Below, piece by piece: positions 36,835-46,266 of a DNA stretch of 53,779 nucleotides (positions are counted from its first letter, which is position 1; each line of letters starts with the position of its first letter). The position numbers and the translations under genes were made by a program. Origin of the DNA: Gemmatimonadota bacterium (GTDB lineage Bacteria > Gemmatimonadota > Gemmatimonadetes > Palauibacterales > Palauibacteraceae); contig JBDHFW010000030.1 of assembly GCA_039590175.1 (NCBI GenBank), positions 1 to 53,779 of the forward strand. Direction: 5' to 3'. Under the pieces are notes generated by a model, which saw nothing but the letters and a program-made list of their open reading frames with translations, searched no databases and was not told where the DNA came from.

Positions 36835-37186
36835 CACCCACATTCTGATCTATGCGCTGGCGGGAAGCCTCCTGCCCGCCGAGCGTCGCCTGCTTTCCAA
36901 TCACGACTGGACCATCTCGGCGATCGTGCGGTGGGAGCTCTGCAAGCTCGCCGAGCTCGGCCGAATCGAGATCGATCTGGCGGATCCCGAGGTGAAGCGG
37001 ATCCTGAACCGGATCCGTATGTGGCCGCTGAGCTGGGAAGTGTGCACAGAAAGCTGCCGGCTCGATGTAAACGGAGATCCGGCCGACCAGCTCATCGGAG
37101 CGACGAGCGTGGTCCACAACGTGCCCCTGGTCACCCGCGACCGACGGCTGCTTCGCTCCAGGCAGATTCCGCTGGCTCGTCCCTAG
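36821..37186 (+). CDS. vapC: PIN-domain toxin (TA2)
   Basis: MLNLDTHILI, ISAIVRWEL, GDPADQLIGATS, LVTRD. Overlaps the antitoxin stop. Confidence 0.92.
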   Translation: MLNLDTHILIYALAGSLLPAERRLLSNHDWTISAIVRWELCKLAELGRIEIDLADPEVKRILNRIRMWPLSWEVCTESCRLDVNGDPADQLIGATSVVHNVPLVTRDRRLLRSRQIPLARP

Positions 37187-37198
37187 AGACCCGCACCC

Positions 37199-38968
37199 CT
37201 ACAGGCGCTCCTCCTGGAGAAGCTCCAGGCCGGTGATCTTCCACACACCGTCGATCGCCTCGACGGTGAAGCGGGCCTCGTACTGGTTCCTGCGCTGATG
37301 GATGTGCCCCCAGTGCCCCACCGAGCCCGCGACGTTCCAGATGCCCAGCGCCGCGAACCCCGTCGCACCGGCCAGAGGCTCGCTCTCCGAGCTGAGCACC
37401 TCGACCTCCTTCACCTTCGCGCGCGCGCCGCCCTGGTTCTCGAGCTCGAGCGAGCGGCGGGTCTCGACGTATACATCCGTCAACAACTCCCCGGAGACGC
37501 TCTGTTCCAGGGTGTCGTAGATCCGGTCTTCCTCCCGGTAGTCGAACGCCCGGTAGGTATTGAGGAGAAGGCCATGGAGGATCTGGCCGGCTTCATCATC
37601 GGAGACATTGGAGGAGCTTACGACACGCGGCAGCGCCGCCACGACGATCAGGGCCAGCACGGCGGCTGCGGCGACCGTGCGGAGCGGCGGGCGGCTGCCG
37701 CCAAGGAGATTCCGGCCATGCCGGACCGCCAGAACGATCAGCCCCGCGAGGCCGGCCAGCACGAGCAGCACCAGCCAGGGGCTGCGGCTCTCGGGCGGGG
37801 CTCCGACCTCCACGAGGCCGGGAATCGTCGGGTTGGTGAGGAAGTTCTCCCAGCGCAGGACGTTGTCGCCCGGGGTGAGGAAATAGGGCAGTCCGCCCGC
37901 CTCATCCGTGGCCGCCGCGCTCACGACATCGATCTTTTCGTCGAACAGCTCCCACTCCAGGGAGACTTCGTCGGGCAGGCCATCGGTGGGATAGACGAAG
38001 ATCACGCCGAGCGTGGCCGAGTAGACATCCAGGTCCCGGGGCGGGTCGATCACGCCGCTCGTTCGGAGCGTCCGGTAGATGAAGTTGATCCGGTCGAGCC
38101 TTCCCTCGACCGGCCGGCCGTCGATGAGCACCGGGCTGCGCGCGGCGAGGAACTCGGTGGCCCGCTCCTTGATCTCCTCCTGATCTTCGACCGAGATGAC
38201 CTCCGCGCCCTCGAGACCGAGATCGACCCACCGCTGGAGGTCCTTCGGCCGCACCACGATCTCACGCCGCACCTCGTAGGGCTCCACGTACAGGTAGGCG
38301 GAGATCGGCGTGTAGTACTGGCGCCTGAGGTTGCGGTTCTCAAACCGGGAGTAGAAGGGATCCGACCAGTCGAGTCGGAGCGTTTCCGGCTGACCCAGGT
38401 AGCGAAAATCGTTCACCGGTATCCCGCGGTGATAGACGACGAAGCCCACGTTCGCAGCCGCTCCCAAGCTCTCGACGCTCGGCGGCGAGAAGACAAGGGC
38501 CTCGGGCCCGGCTCCCTCCGGGAGGTAGTAGACCAGCTTCGCGAAGACGGTCGGCTCCGCCTCCTCGTCCTGAACCGGAAGGGCTTCCCCGGTGATCTCG
38601 TCTCGCTGCAGGCGGGGACGCGCCGTCATCTCGACGACCCGACCGGGCAGCGCGCCGGCATGCGACGCGGCGATCGTCAGATCTTCCCGGAAGAAGCGAC
38701 CCAGACGCTCGCGCAACGGCGCGGCCTCGTGACCGAGCCGCTCGTAGATCTGGTCCGGCATCATGTTGCGAAAGGCGTCGAGATCCGCGAGGCCGATCTC
38801 GAGCTCCACGACGACCGAGTCCGGCTCGACATACATCTCGGCGATCGTCGTCGCGGTCATCGCCCGAACGATGACGAGGGGGTCCGAGCGCAGCCCGCCC
38901 GACGGCGGCACGAGCAGAGCACCGCATAACGCCAGAAGCGAGCAGACGAGAGGGACTCTTCTATTCAT
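37199..38968 (-). CDS. Conserved hypothetical membrane-anchored exported protein (about 590 aa)
   Basis: Signal peptide MNRRVPLVCSLLALC, large periplasmic part, two TM helices, C-terminal GSVGHWGHIHQRRNQY. ATG 38968 within ORF 37199..39439. Confidence 0.8.
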   Translation of the reverse strand: MNRRVPLVCSLLALCGALLVPPSGGLRSDPLVIVRAMTATTIAEMYVEPDSVVVELEIGLADLDAFRNMMPDQIYERLGHEAAPLRERLGRFFREDLTIAASHAGALPGRVVEMTARPRLQRDEITGEALPVQDEEAEPTVFAKLVYYLPEGAGPEALVFSPPSVESLGAAANVGFVVYHRGIPVNDFRYLGQPETLRLDWSDPFYSRFENRNLRRQYYTPISAYLYVEPYEVRREIVVRPKDLQRWVDLGLEGAEVISVEDQEEIKERATEFLAARSPVLIDGRPVEGRLDRINFIYRTLRTSGVIDPPRDLDVYSATLGVIFVYPTDGLPDEVSLEWELFDEKIDVVSAAATDEAGGLPYFLTPGDNVLRWENFLTNPTIPGLVEVGAPPESRSPWLVLLVLAGLAGLIVLAVRHGRNLLGGSRPPLRTVAAAAVLALIVVAALPRVVSSSNVSDDEAGQILHGLLLNTYRAFDYREEDRIYDTLEQSVSGELLTDVYVETRRSLELENQGGARAKVKEVEVLSSESEPLAGATGFAALGIWNVAGSVGHWGHIHQRRNQYEARFTVEAIDGVWKITGLELLQEERL

Positions 38969-39134
38969 CCCGCATTCGGTGTGTGATAATGCGCCTCGGT
39001 TTCGGGACGTGGGGCCTGGGCTCCGCGAAGGCCCCGGCTGGGTCTCGGCCGCCTCGTCTCGGCCAGCCGCAAGATGCGTTTCCGCGAGCCGGGAATCTAA
39101 GCGTCTCGCCACCGACTGCGGCACCCTCTTGCGG

Positions 39135-39166
39135 AAGTGTACATGAGCGTACATAAATGTACACTT
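39135..39166. promoter_or_regulatory. Operator for TA module 3
   Basis: aagtgtacat-N12-atgtacactt inverted repeat containing (T/C)GTACA three times at 10-bp spacing. Confidence 0.7.
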
Positions 39167-39205
39167 GTCCCGTATCGCCCGTACCGCAGACAGAGAGTCG
39201 CTCCG

Positions 39206-39427
39206 ATGAGAGCCGTCAGTTCGACGGAGTTCCGGCAGAATGTCTTCTCCCTCCTCAGCGAAGTAGAGAACGGCGAGCGAGTTCTCGTCACCCGGCACGG
39301 CCGAGTGGTCGCCGAGCTCGCGCCCCCCGCGGGAGCCGCCGAGCCCTCCTGGAAGCGCGCTGGCCCGCGGTTTCCGATCGCCGGGGCGGCGGTGAGCGCG
39401 GCGATCCTGAGGGAGCGAAGCCGCTAG
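39206..39427 (+). CDS. Phd/YefM family antitoxin (TA3)
   Basis: MRAVSSTEFRQNVFSLLSEVENGERVLVTRHGRVVAELAP. Confidence 0.92.
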   Translation: MRAVSSTEFRQNVFSLLSEVENGERVLVTRHGRVVAELAPPAGAAEPSWKRAGPRFPIAGAAVSAAILRERSR

Positions 39428-39431
39428 AACG

Positions 39432-39848
39432 GTGCGCACCTACCTGGATGCCTCCGCCCTGGCCGGACGTTACGTGAGGGAACGCATCACAGGCCGCGTG
39501 GAGGAGATTCTGCACGACTCCTCATCCCTGGGGACCTCGGTTCTCAGCATCCCCGAGATCCTCTCCGCGCTCTGCCGGAGGCGGCGGGAAGGCGTCCTCT
39601 CCCCCGAGATCTACCAGCAGGCAAAAGATGCCCTGATGGAGGATGTGGCGGACGCGTTCATCGTCCCGGTGTCGCCCGAGGTGCTGAAGCGGGCCGCCGA
39701 CCTCCTCGAAGAGTCGCACGAGCTCTCTGCGGTAGACGCGCTCCACGTGGGCTCGGCGCTCGAGTGGGGGGCGCAGCTCTTCGTCTCTGCCGATGAGAGG
39801 CAGATCGCCGCGGCTTCCCGCTCCGGCCTGCCGACCTCACGCGTCTGA
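39432..39848 (+). CDS. vapC: PIN-domain toxin (TA3)
   Basis: YLDASAL, SIPEILSAL, LSAVDALHVGSA, FVSADERQ. Confidence 0.92.
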   Translation: MRTYLDASALAGRYVRERITGRVEEILHDSSSLGTSVLSIPEILSALCRRRREGVLSPEIYQQAKDALMEDVADAFIVPVSPEVLKRAADLLEESHELSAVDALHVGSALEWGAQLFVSADERQIAAASRSGLPTSRV

Positions 39849-39859
39849 GGCTCCTTTTC

Positions 39860-40544
39860 TCAGTCCGCTTGGAAACCCACGCTGACGTGAGTCCCATCGC
39901 AGAAGGGTTTGGCCCGCGAGTGACCGCAGCGGCATAGAGCGGGATTCTGGACGAGGATGCGGCTCACCTCGTCGTCGCCGCTTCGAAGCTCAACCGGCCC
40001 GCCGAATAGAAGGGGCCCGTTCGGGGCCGCCGTGATTCTGAGAGGTCCCGCAGCGGGGGTATCGCCAGCGCCATCTTCGACCGCGCTTCCACGATCCGTG
40101 TCCACCGCTCCGGGGTCGGAGAAGCTGCACTCCAGATGCGTGTTGTCGCAGAACGGCTTGTTGCCGGACTCACCGCACCGGCAGAGCGCTGCGCGGTAGT
40201 CGACCCCACTGCTGTCGTCTCTGCCTGACTCGACGCGGTGCCGAGCCGCAGATCACCCTTCACATACAATGGCCCATCTGCCTCGACCGTCACGATGGAT
40301 TCCGTGGGAGAGATTTCGGCTGGGCCACCGTCCAGCCGTTCGAACCGCAACGCGCCCGTGGGACAGCGGCCGATCACCTCGGCGATCGCGTCCGCCTCTG
40401 CTTCGTTCGGCTCAACCAGGGCCGCCGATCCGGATCGAACACGGCGGGGAGGCCGTGTACGCACTCCGCGGCGTGGATGCACCGCTTCGCGTCGTAACCG
40501 ATCGAGATCTGCTCGCCCGAATACTCGTGGACTTTCCTGCTCAT
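39860..40544 (-). CDS. Divergent 4Fe-4S monocluster plus two CDGSH-type iron-sulfur domains; two single-base frameshifts
   Basis: MSRKVHEY..RCIHAAECVHGLPAVFD..RPW, RCPTGAL, then ALCRCGESGNKPFCDNTH and ALCRCGHSRAKPFCDGTH. The frame is restored by adding one G at about 40416 and one at about 40205. Confidence 0.85.
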
Positions 40545-40572
40545 CGCCTCTGGCTCCCCGAGGTACAGGTTC

Positions 40573-41649
40573 TCAGAAGGACCAGCCGAACGAGGTCGTG
40601 AGGCTGAGGTCGTTCGTCTCGGTGCCCTCCGTCGGCGGCTGGCTGTCGAACTGCTCGTTGATGCTCACCTTGAAGTAGAAATCGCTCACGATCTCCCGCT
40701 TGAAGCTGGTGACGAAGCTGATCCTCCAGCGCCCCCCCTGATTGATCACCGGGATGACGATGAGTTGGCTCGAGAGATCGGTGTCCAGCCCGCCCCAGCT
40801 GAAGAACTCGAAGTCGGTCAGGAAAAGCCCCTGGAAGGCGTTGTCGCCCTCCTGGCCCGTGAACCGCTCGCGGGCGTACGACAGCCCCAGGCCGGACAGG
40901 AGGATGACCTTGTTGGACTGGACCCAGAAACGACCGGCCACGCCGCCAACCGAGCCCCGGAGCTCCAGGCTGAGCTGGGAGTTTTGCTCGGCCCCCGCGG
41001 TCCCCGAGTAGAACCACCTCTGGGCGAACTCTCGCAGGTACAGGAAGGTCGTGTTCAGACGCGAGATGTCGTCGGTGTCGTCCTGGCGGCTGAACGAGGT
41101 CGAGAGATTGAACCTGAAGTTGTTGAGGTCCCTCTTGTACTTGACCTCGGTGCTGAAGCTGAAATCGGTCTTCGCGTTCTGCTGGGTGAAGTCGACGCCG
41201 AGATCGATGTTCCCGTCCAGCCGTCTCCAGAAGGTCTCCTTGATCCGCTGCATGCGGACGATCTGCTGCGTTGCGATCACGAACGTGTCCCGCGCGATGA
41301 CCACCTTTACCTGGTGCGGCTCGTCACCCAACGCCAGCGACCCGAAGTGGCTAGCTCCGTCTTGGAGCGTAATCTCAAAGGTCTTGTCCGTCTCGGCCGT
41401 CAGCACACGGCCCCACTTGACGTAAACCGTGCCGGCCGCGTCCGTGCTGAACTCCACCTTGCCGCGAATGAACTCCTTGATCTCCCCGGTCATCACATCG
41501 CCGTTGCGGACGACGAGCGTGTCCGTCTTCTGGGCGTGGAGTGGTGTAGCGGTGCCCGCGAGCGCGGCCGTGGCGAGCGAGAGGGCAAGCGCGCCGAACA
41601 GCGGGCCGGGCCTCCCGGAGATTCTGCAAAGGCGAAGAATGTCGATCAT
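40573..41649 (-). CDS. DUF481-like outer membrane beta-barrel protein
   Basis: Signal peptide, DTLVVRNGDVMTGEI, amphipathic strands, C-terminal SFGWSF. Confidence 0.85.
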   Translation of the reverse strand: MIDILRLCRISGRPGPLFGALALSLATAALAGTATPLHAQKTDTLVVRNGDVMTGEIKEFIRGKVEFSTDAAGTVYVKWGRVLTAETDKTFEITLQDGASHFGSLALGDEPHQVKVVIARDTFVIATQQIVRMQRIKETFWRRLDGNIDLGVDFTQQNAKTDFSFSTEVKYKRDLNNFRFNLSTSFSRQDDTDDISRLNTTFLYLREFAQRWFYSGTAGAEQNSQLSLELRGSVGGVAGRFWVQSNKVILLSGLGLSYARERFTGQEGDNAFQGLFLTDFEFFSWGGLDTDLSSQLIVIPVINQGGRWRISFVTSFKREIVSDFYFKVSINEQFDSQPPTEGTETNDLSLTTSFGWSF

Positions 41650-41709
41650 GGCCTGATCCTCATTCGATCTTCAACTGATGGGTGCTGGGATGAGAGTTCA
41701 TTACAAGGA

Positions 41710-41738
41710 ACGGGGCCGCCCGCGGCGGGCGACCCCGT
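41710..41738 (-). terminator. Hairpin/terminator after OM barrel gene
   Basis: Minus strand acggggtcgcccg-ccg-cgggcggccccgt followed by tcctt. Confidence 0.5.
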
Positions 41739-41777
41739 CTGCCGAGAACGATCGGGCGCACCACGGCAACCCGCTCC

Positions 41778-42596
41778 TCAGAAGCGGAAGCTGAAGCCGA
41801 GCAGAACGCCGTACTGGTCGGCGTTGTAGGCGTAGAAGGTCGGACTGCCGGGGACCCCGTCTTCGTAATTGATGAACAGGTAGCGGAATCCGAGGTTCAC
41901 ATCGAGCCACCTGATGATACGGAACCCGATTCCAGCTGCGGCATTCGCCGTGAACTTGGACCCCCCCGCGCCCGCGTCGGCACGTGCCGCCACATACCAC
42001 CTTCGTCCCAGGTCGGCGCCGAAGCGGGCGCCCGCGAAGAAGTCGATCCACGCCTCACTGAAACCCCTGAACTTGTCGATGGGCGTATCGCGGATTACGA
42101 GATTCTGGTCCTGGTAGTTGTACCTGGCCCCCGCGAGCAGATCCAACCGGGTGGGCCTGTCGAACCCGCCGAAACGATACGCCCCGAACAGCTCGGTTTG
42201 AATCACGTCGAATCTGAAGTCGCCGCTGGCGCCGAGCTCCGGAGCCGCCAGCGGTATCGAGTCCTCGCCTATCCTGAGCGTGGCGAAGTCGATCCCGCCG
42301 AGCCAACGCCCCCGACCGAACTCGGCGTGGGCGGAGAACGCGAACTTGAGCTTCGACCAGATGTCGCCGAAGCTGGCGTCGATCGGAACGGTGAAATCGC
42401 CGGTCGTGACCCCACCTTTGATTCCTGCCGCCCACAGGTAGGGCGTAACCTGGAACCACCAGTCGTCGGGCGACTTGTCCTGAGGAGCGCCCTGTGCCAG
42501 GGACGGTGCGGCCGACATGAGGAGGACCGCCACGGCGAGGACAGCCGTCTTGGAGAGTCCTCTCGCCAGGCCTGGAAGTGAACGATCCTGTCTCAT
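41778..42596 (-). CDS. Outer membrane beta-barrel protein, hypothetical
   Basis: Signal peptide, WWFQVTPYLWAAGIKG, LAGARY, WIDFFAGARF, C-terminal GFSFRF. Confidence 0.85.
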   Translation of the reverse strand: MRQDRSLPGLARGLSKTAVLAVAVLLMSAAPSLAQGAPQDKSPDDWWFQVTPYLWAAGIKGGVTTGDFTVPIDASFGDIWSKLKFAFSAHAEFGRGRWLGGIDFATLRIGEDSIPLAAPELGASGDFRFDVIQTELFGAYRFGGFDRPTRLDLLAGARYNYQDQNLVIRDTPIDKFRGFSEAWIDFFAGARFGADLGRRWYVAARADAGAGGSKFTANAAAGIGFRIIRWLDVNLGFRYLFINYEDGVPGSPTFYAYNADQYGVLLGFSFRF

Positions 42597-43189
42597 CGGG
42601 CCCCTTCCTTCATCGGCAGCTCCTCGACGGCCTTTCGGTCAACCCGCAGCCGAACGAGATCCTCCGCGGCATCTTCGACCATGGAGACGGGAACGGCGAC
42701 TTCTCGTCGTCCCCACAGGTGTCCTTCCATGAGCACGACGTGCGTGATCCGGCCCTCCTCATCGACGAGCAGCCCCCCGAGCTTTCCCAAGTGGCCGTCG
42801 GAAGCCTCGACGTCGGCGCCGCGCCGAAGCGCGAGCTCGCCGAGCGGAACGCGCTCGTGCTCGAGCGGCAGGTTGACCGCCTCGGGTCGCGCGAAGGGCC
42901 AGAAGAAGGTCCGGGTCCCGGCGTCGTCCTCGCGCGGGATGTACCCGACCGAATCGAAGGTCGGCAGCTCTCGGAGCTCCTCGCGCGTGCAGTCGAGGCG
43001 GATCGAGTCGTGCGTCGTTTCCGCGATCCGCTCGACCGGGACGACCCGCTCCAGCTCGATCGGACGCCCCCCGTCGTAGACGACGACCTGGGTCACGACT
43101 TCTCCGATCGGATCCAGGATCAGGCAGATCGAGCGGCCCGCCGGCCCGTCCGAACAGTGGACCTGCGCATCCAGCGGCATAGGCTTCAT
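42593..43189 (-). CDS. PRC-barrel domain protein (two repeats)
   Basis: AQVHCSDGPAGR and GADVEASDGHLGKL..ITHVVL..GHLWGRREVAVPV. ATGA overlaps at both ends. Confidence 0.85.
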   Translation of the reverse strand: MKPMPLDAQVHCSDGPAGRSICLILDPIGEVVTQVVVYDGGRPIELERVVPVERIAETTHDSIRLDCTREELRELPTFDSVGYIPREDDAGTRTFFWPFARPEAVNLPLEHERVPLGELALRRGADVEASDGHLGKLGGLLVDEEGRITHVVLMEGHLWGRREVAVPVSMVEDAAEDLVRLRVDRKAVEELPMKEGAR

Positions 43190-44298
43190 ACCGCCGCTTC
43201 GCTCGGCGAGGCCGCTTCCAGTCGCGAGACGAGCATGTCGCCCATCTCGTCGGTGGCGATGCCGCTGCGGGCGTCGGCGGAGGGCACGTCCCCGCTCTGC
43301 AGGAGGTCGCCGACCGCGCGCTCGACCCTCTGCGCCGCCGGCGTCTCTCCGAGGAAGTCCAGCATCATCGCGACGGCGGAGATCGCGCCCAGGGGACAGG
43401 CGACGTTCTTGCCCGTGTACTTCGGCGCCGAGCCGTGAATCGGCTCGAACATAGAGGTCCGCCCGGGATGGATGTTGCCCGAGGCCGCGATCCCCATCCC
43501 GCCCTGCAACATCGCACCTAGATCCGTGATGATGTCGCCGAATAGGTTCGTCGTGACGATCACGTCGAACCACTCGGGGTTCTTCACCATCCACATGCAG
43601 CAGGCATCCACGTAGGCGTGGTCCGTCTCGACGTCCGGGAAATTGGCGGCGACGTGCTCGTAGGCCCGCTGCCACAGGTCATGTGGCCGGATGGCGTTCG
43701 CCTTGTCCACGAGCGTGACGCATGCGATCCGACCTTCTTCGCCACGCCCCGCGCGCTCCGCCGCCCGCTTTCGCGCCAGCTCGAACGCGTAGCGGCACGC
43801 CCGCTCGCAGCCCTTCCAGGTATAGAGGCCGTTGACGATCGCGACCTCGTCCGGCGTGTTCTTCTTGAGGTGACCACCGATCTGCGAGTACATCCCCTCC
43901 GTGTTCTCACGGACGACGACGAACTCGATGTCCTCGGGCCCCTTGTCTTTGAGAGGGCAAAGCGTTTCCGAATAGAGCTTTATAGGCCTCAAGTTCACGT
44001 AGAGATCGAGCCCGAAGCGAAGACCGAGTATCACTGACCGCTCCACCAGCCCGGGCTCGACGTCCGGGTGCCCGATCGCTCCCAGAAGCACGGCGTCCAG
44101 CTCGCGCCACTCATCGATCACGGAGTCCGAAACGAGCTCGCCGGTCTTCAGGTAGTGCTCGCCGCTGTACGGGTACTCGACGAGCTCGTACTCGAAGCCA
44201 TCGAGCCCCGCCGCCGCCTTGAGAACCTTGAGGCCTTCGGCCGCGACCTCGGGGCCGATCCCGTCTCCCGGGATCACGCCGATCTTGTATGTGCTCAC
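43186..44298 (-). CDS. leuB: 3-isopropylmalate dehydrogenase (isocitrate/isopropylmalate dehydrogenase family)
   Basis: [50 protein letters not shown]. Substrate assignment is inferred. Confidence 0.8.
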   Translation of the reverse strand: MSTYKIGVIPGDGIGPEVAAEGLKVLKAAAGLDGFEYELVEYPYSGEHYLKTGELVSDSVIDEWRELDAVLLGAIGHPDVEPGLVERSVILGLRFGLDLYVNLRPIKLYSETLCPLKDKGPEDIEFVVVRENTEGMYSQIGGHLKKNTPDEVAIVNGLYTWKGCERACRYAFELARKRAAERAGRGEEGRIACVTLVDKANAIRPHDLWQRAYEHVAANFPDVETDHAYVDACCMWMVKNPEWFDVIVTTNLFGDIITDLGAMLQGGMGIAASGNIHPGRTSMFEPIHGSAPKYTGKNVACPLGAISAVAMMLDFLGETPAAQRVERAVGDLLQSGDVPSADARSGIATDEMGDMLVSRLEAASPSEAAV

Positions 44299-44337
44299 CT
44301 GCCCAAACTCTCCTGTCTGTGGCGGCTGGCGGCGCGA

Positions 44338-46170
44338 CTACACGTCCGGCAGCGTATGTTCCCGGCCCGCGTTCTGCTCGACCAGCCAGTCGTACAGCGG
44401 CTGGAAGTACTCGACCATCGCCTGCGCATCGAGCTCGCGCCCCGTCGTCTCCTGCAGCACCTCATGCCAGGGTCGGCTCGAGCCGGGCGCCATGATCCCA
44501 CGCAGGAAGTCACCGGTCTCGGAGCTCCCCCAGTAATCCGCCTCGTGCGGATCCTGTTTCAGGATGTTCCGCGCGATGTGGTCGTGCATCTGAAACAGGA
44601 GCGCGTAGGAGATCGCGTAGTCGTAGTACTGCGCCGCATCGTCGTTGATGTGCGTCTTCGTGAGGGCGTCCGCGTATTCCTCGCCACGCGGCTCGGGCGG
44701 AGCCACGCCCTGATACCTCTCCACGAGGTCCCACCACTTCGCGTTGAACTGATCGGGCGGCAGCTCCTCGACGTACAAGGCGTGCTCGAAGCGCGTCATC
44801 GTGCCTGCCGCGAACGGCATGTACGCCACGTAGTTCAGCGCCTCGTTGAGGAGTTGCTGCGTCCGGTCCACCTCGGCATCAGGCGGAACGAGACCGCGGC
44901 CTACCAGGAACGGACGCTGGACGGAGGCCAGGCCCATCAGGTAGCCGATCGCTTCGTGATAGCCGCGGTTGGCGCCCCGACGGAGGAGCAGCGGGACCTC
45001 GGGGGTGCTGTACGTCTGGTAGTAGTAGATGTGGCCTAGCTCATGGAGCGTGGTCTCCCACCACTCCGAATTCGGCTCCACGCTCATCAGCGAGCGGATG
45101 TCCTCGTCCCGGTCCAGATGCCAGGCCGAGGCGTGGGTGTTCTTCTTGTACTCCGTGCCCGGCGGCAGCGGATAGAGCGACGAACCCTCCCAAAAGAGCT
45201 GCGGGAGCTCCTCGAAGCCGAGGCTCAGGTAGAACTGCTCCCCCTGCTGGACGATCCACTCGGCTGGCTTCTCGGCGAGGGCGGGCCCGGGATCCAGCCC
45301 CTCGACCGAGACGAGGGCGCTCCAATCCTGCGCCCAGCGGTTCGGAAGCCAGTGGGCCGGGATGAGGTCCGGGACGGGCTCGCCGTAGCGCTCGGCCAGC
45401 TCGTAGCGAACCCAGGTGTGGAGCTCGCGGTAGAGCGGCCGGAGCTGCTGGATGAACGTGTCGTTCAGCTGGAGCATCTCTTCGGTCCGCATCCCGTATT
45501 CCGACACCTGGTAGGTGAAGTAATCCGGGTAGCCGAGCGCCTGGACCGTCTGGTTGCGAAGCTCTCTCAGGCGGACGATGCCCTCCTCGAGGGCCGGGCC
45601 TACCGCTTTGGAGGCCTCCCACACGGCCCGCCGCCTGCCCATGTCCGTCTCCTCCCGAAGCAGCTCGTCGATCTCGTTCGGTGTGATCGGCTCGCCGTCC
45701 AGGGTGAACTCGTAGCCGTACAGTCTCTCGACCTGGTCGGCTTCGGCGGCGATCCGGTCGGAGACGAGCTCCGGGACCGTGCCGGGATACTGCGCCGCCC
45801 GATACGCCATGGCCGCGAGCTGGGCGGTCTGGATCGGCTCGAGCTCGTCGCGCTGCACGAGGAACTCCCGGATCCGCTCGATGTTCTCGACGCTGCCTTC
45901 GAAGGCGGCTTGGGCTTCACGCGCCGCCCGGTAGCGGCCCGCGTTGGTCGTGTCCCCGTCGACGATGCGCGTGTTCATCGCCCAGCTGGCCAAAGAGGAC
46001 TCGTAGTAGTGCTCCTGAAACGCCCTCTCGTATTCCGCTAGAAACTCGGCCGCTTCCCGCTGAACGTCGTTCTCCTGCTCCAGCGTCCTCGCGGGCGTGC
46101 CGTTGCCGGTGCCGCACGCGCCCAGCGCCACCGTCAGCGAGAGGATTCCGATCGCAACCACACTTCGCAT
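44338..46170 (-). CDS. M2 family metallopeptidase (ACE-like peptidyl-dipeptidase), lipoprotein
   Basis: LGAC lipobox, IPAHWL.NRWAQDWS, HASAW, HELGHIYY, RRGANRGYHEAIG, LLFQMH, YFQPLYDWL. Confidence 0.93.
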   Translation of the reverse strand: MRSVVAIGILSLTVALGACGTGNGTPARTLEQENDVQREAAEFLAEYERAFQEHYYESSLASWAMNTRIVDGDTTNAGRYRAAREAQAAFEGSVENIERIREFLVQRDELEPIQTAQLAAMAYRAAQYPGTVPELVSDRIAAEADQVERLYGYEFTLDGEPITPNEIDELLREETDMGRRRAVWEASKAVGPALEEGIVRLRELRNQTVQALGYPDYFTYQVSEYGMRTEEMLQLNDTFIQQLRPLYRELHTWVRYELAERYGEPVPDLIPAHWLPNRWAQDWSALVSVEGLDPGPALAEKPAEWIVQQGEQFYLSLGFEELPQLFWEGSSLYPLPPGTEYKKNTHASAWHLDRDEDIRSLMSVEPNSEWWETTLHELGHIYYYQTYSTPEVPLLLRRGANRGYHEAIGYLMGLASVQRPFLVGRGLVPPDAEVDRTQQLLNEALNYVAYMPFAAGTMTRFEHALYVEELPPDQFNAKWWDLVERYQGVAPPEPRGEEYADALTKTHINDDAAQYYDYAISYALLFQMHDHIARNILKQDPHEADYWGSSETGDFLRGIMAPGSSRPWHEVLQETTGRELDAQAMVEYFQPLYDWLVEQNAGREHTLPDV

Positions 46171-46266
46171 ATCTGCCTCGCTCTTGGTTCCTCCTGACCC
46201 GATCAAACCTACCACGCTGTTCGCCGGTTTGCGCTCCCTGGAAGCGTCGGGGCAGATTGATCCGCC

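Noticed and set aside
38969-39439. N-terminal 157 aa of the 746-aa ORF
   Set aside because: It overlaps the antitoxin and its operator on the other strand. The signal peptide starts at ATG 38968.
32100-40600. Integron cassette array, since TA pairs lie antisense among other genes
   Set aside because: No attC-like RYYYAAC...GTTRRRY repeats in the spacers and no integrase.
42593-43675. 360-aa ORF for the PRC-barrel gene
   Set aside because: The first 162 codons overlap the dehydrogenase in another frame. The real start is ATG 43189.
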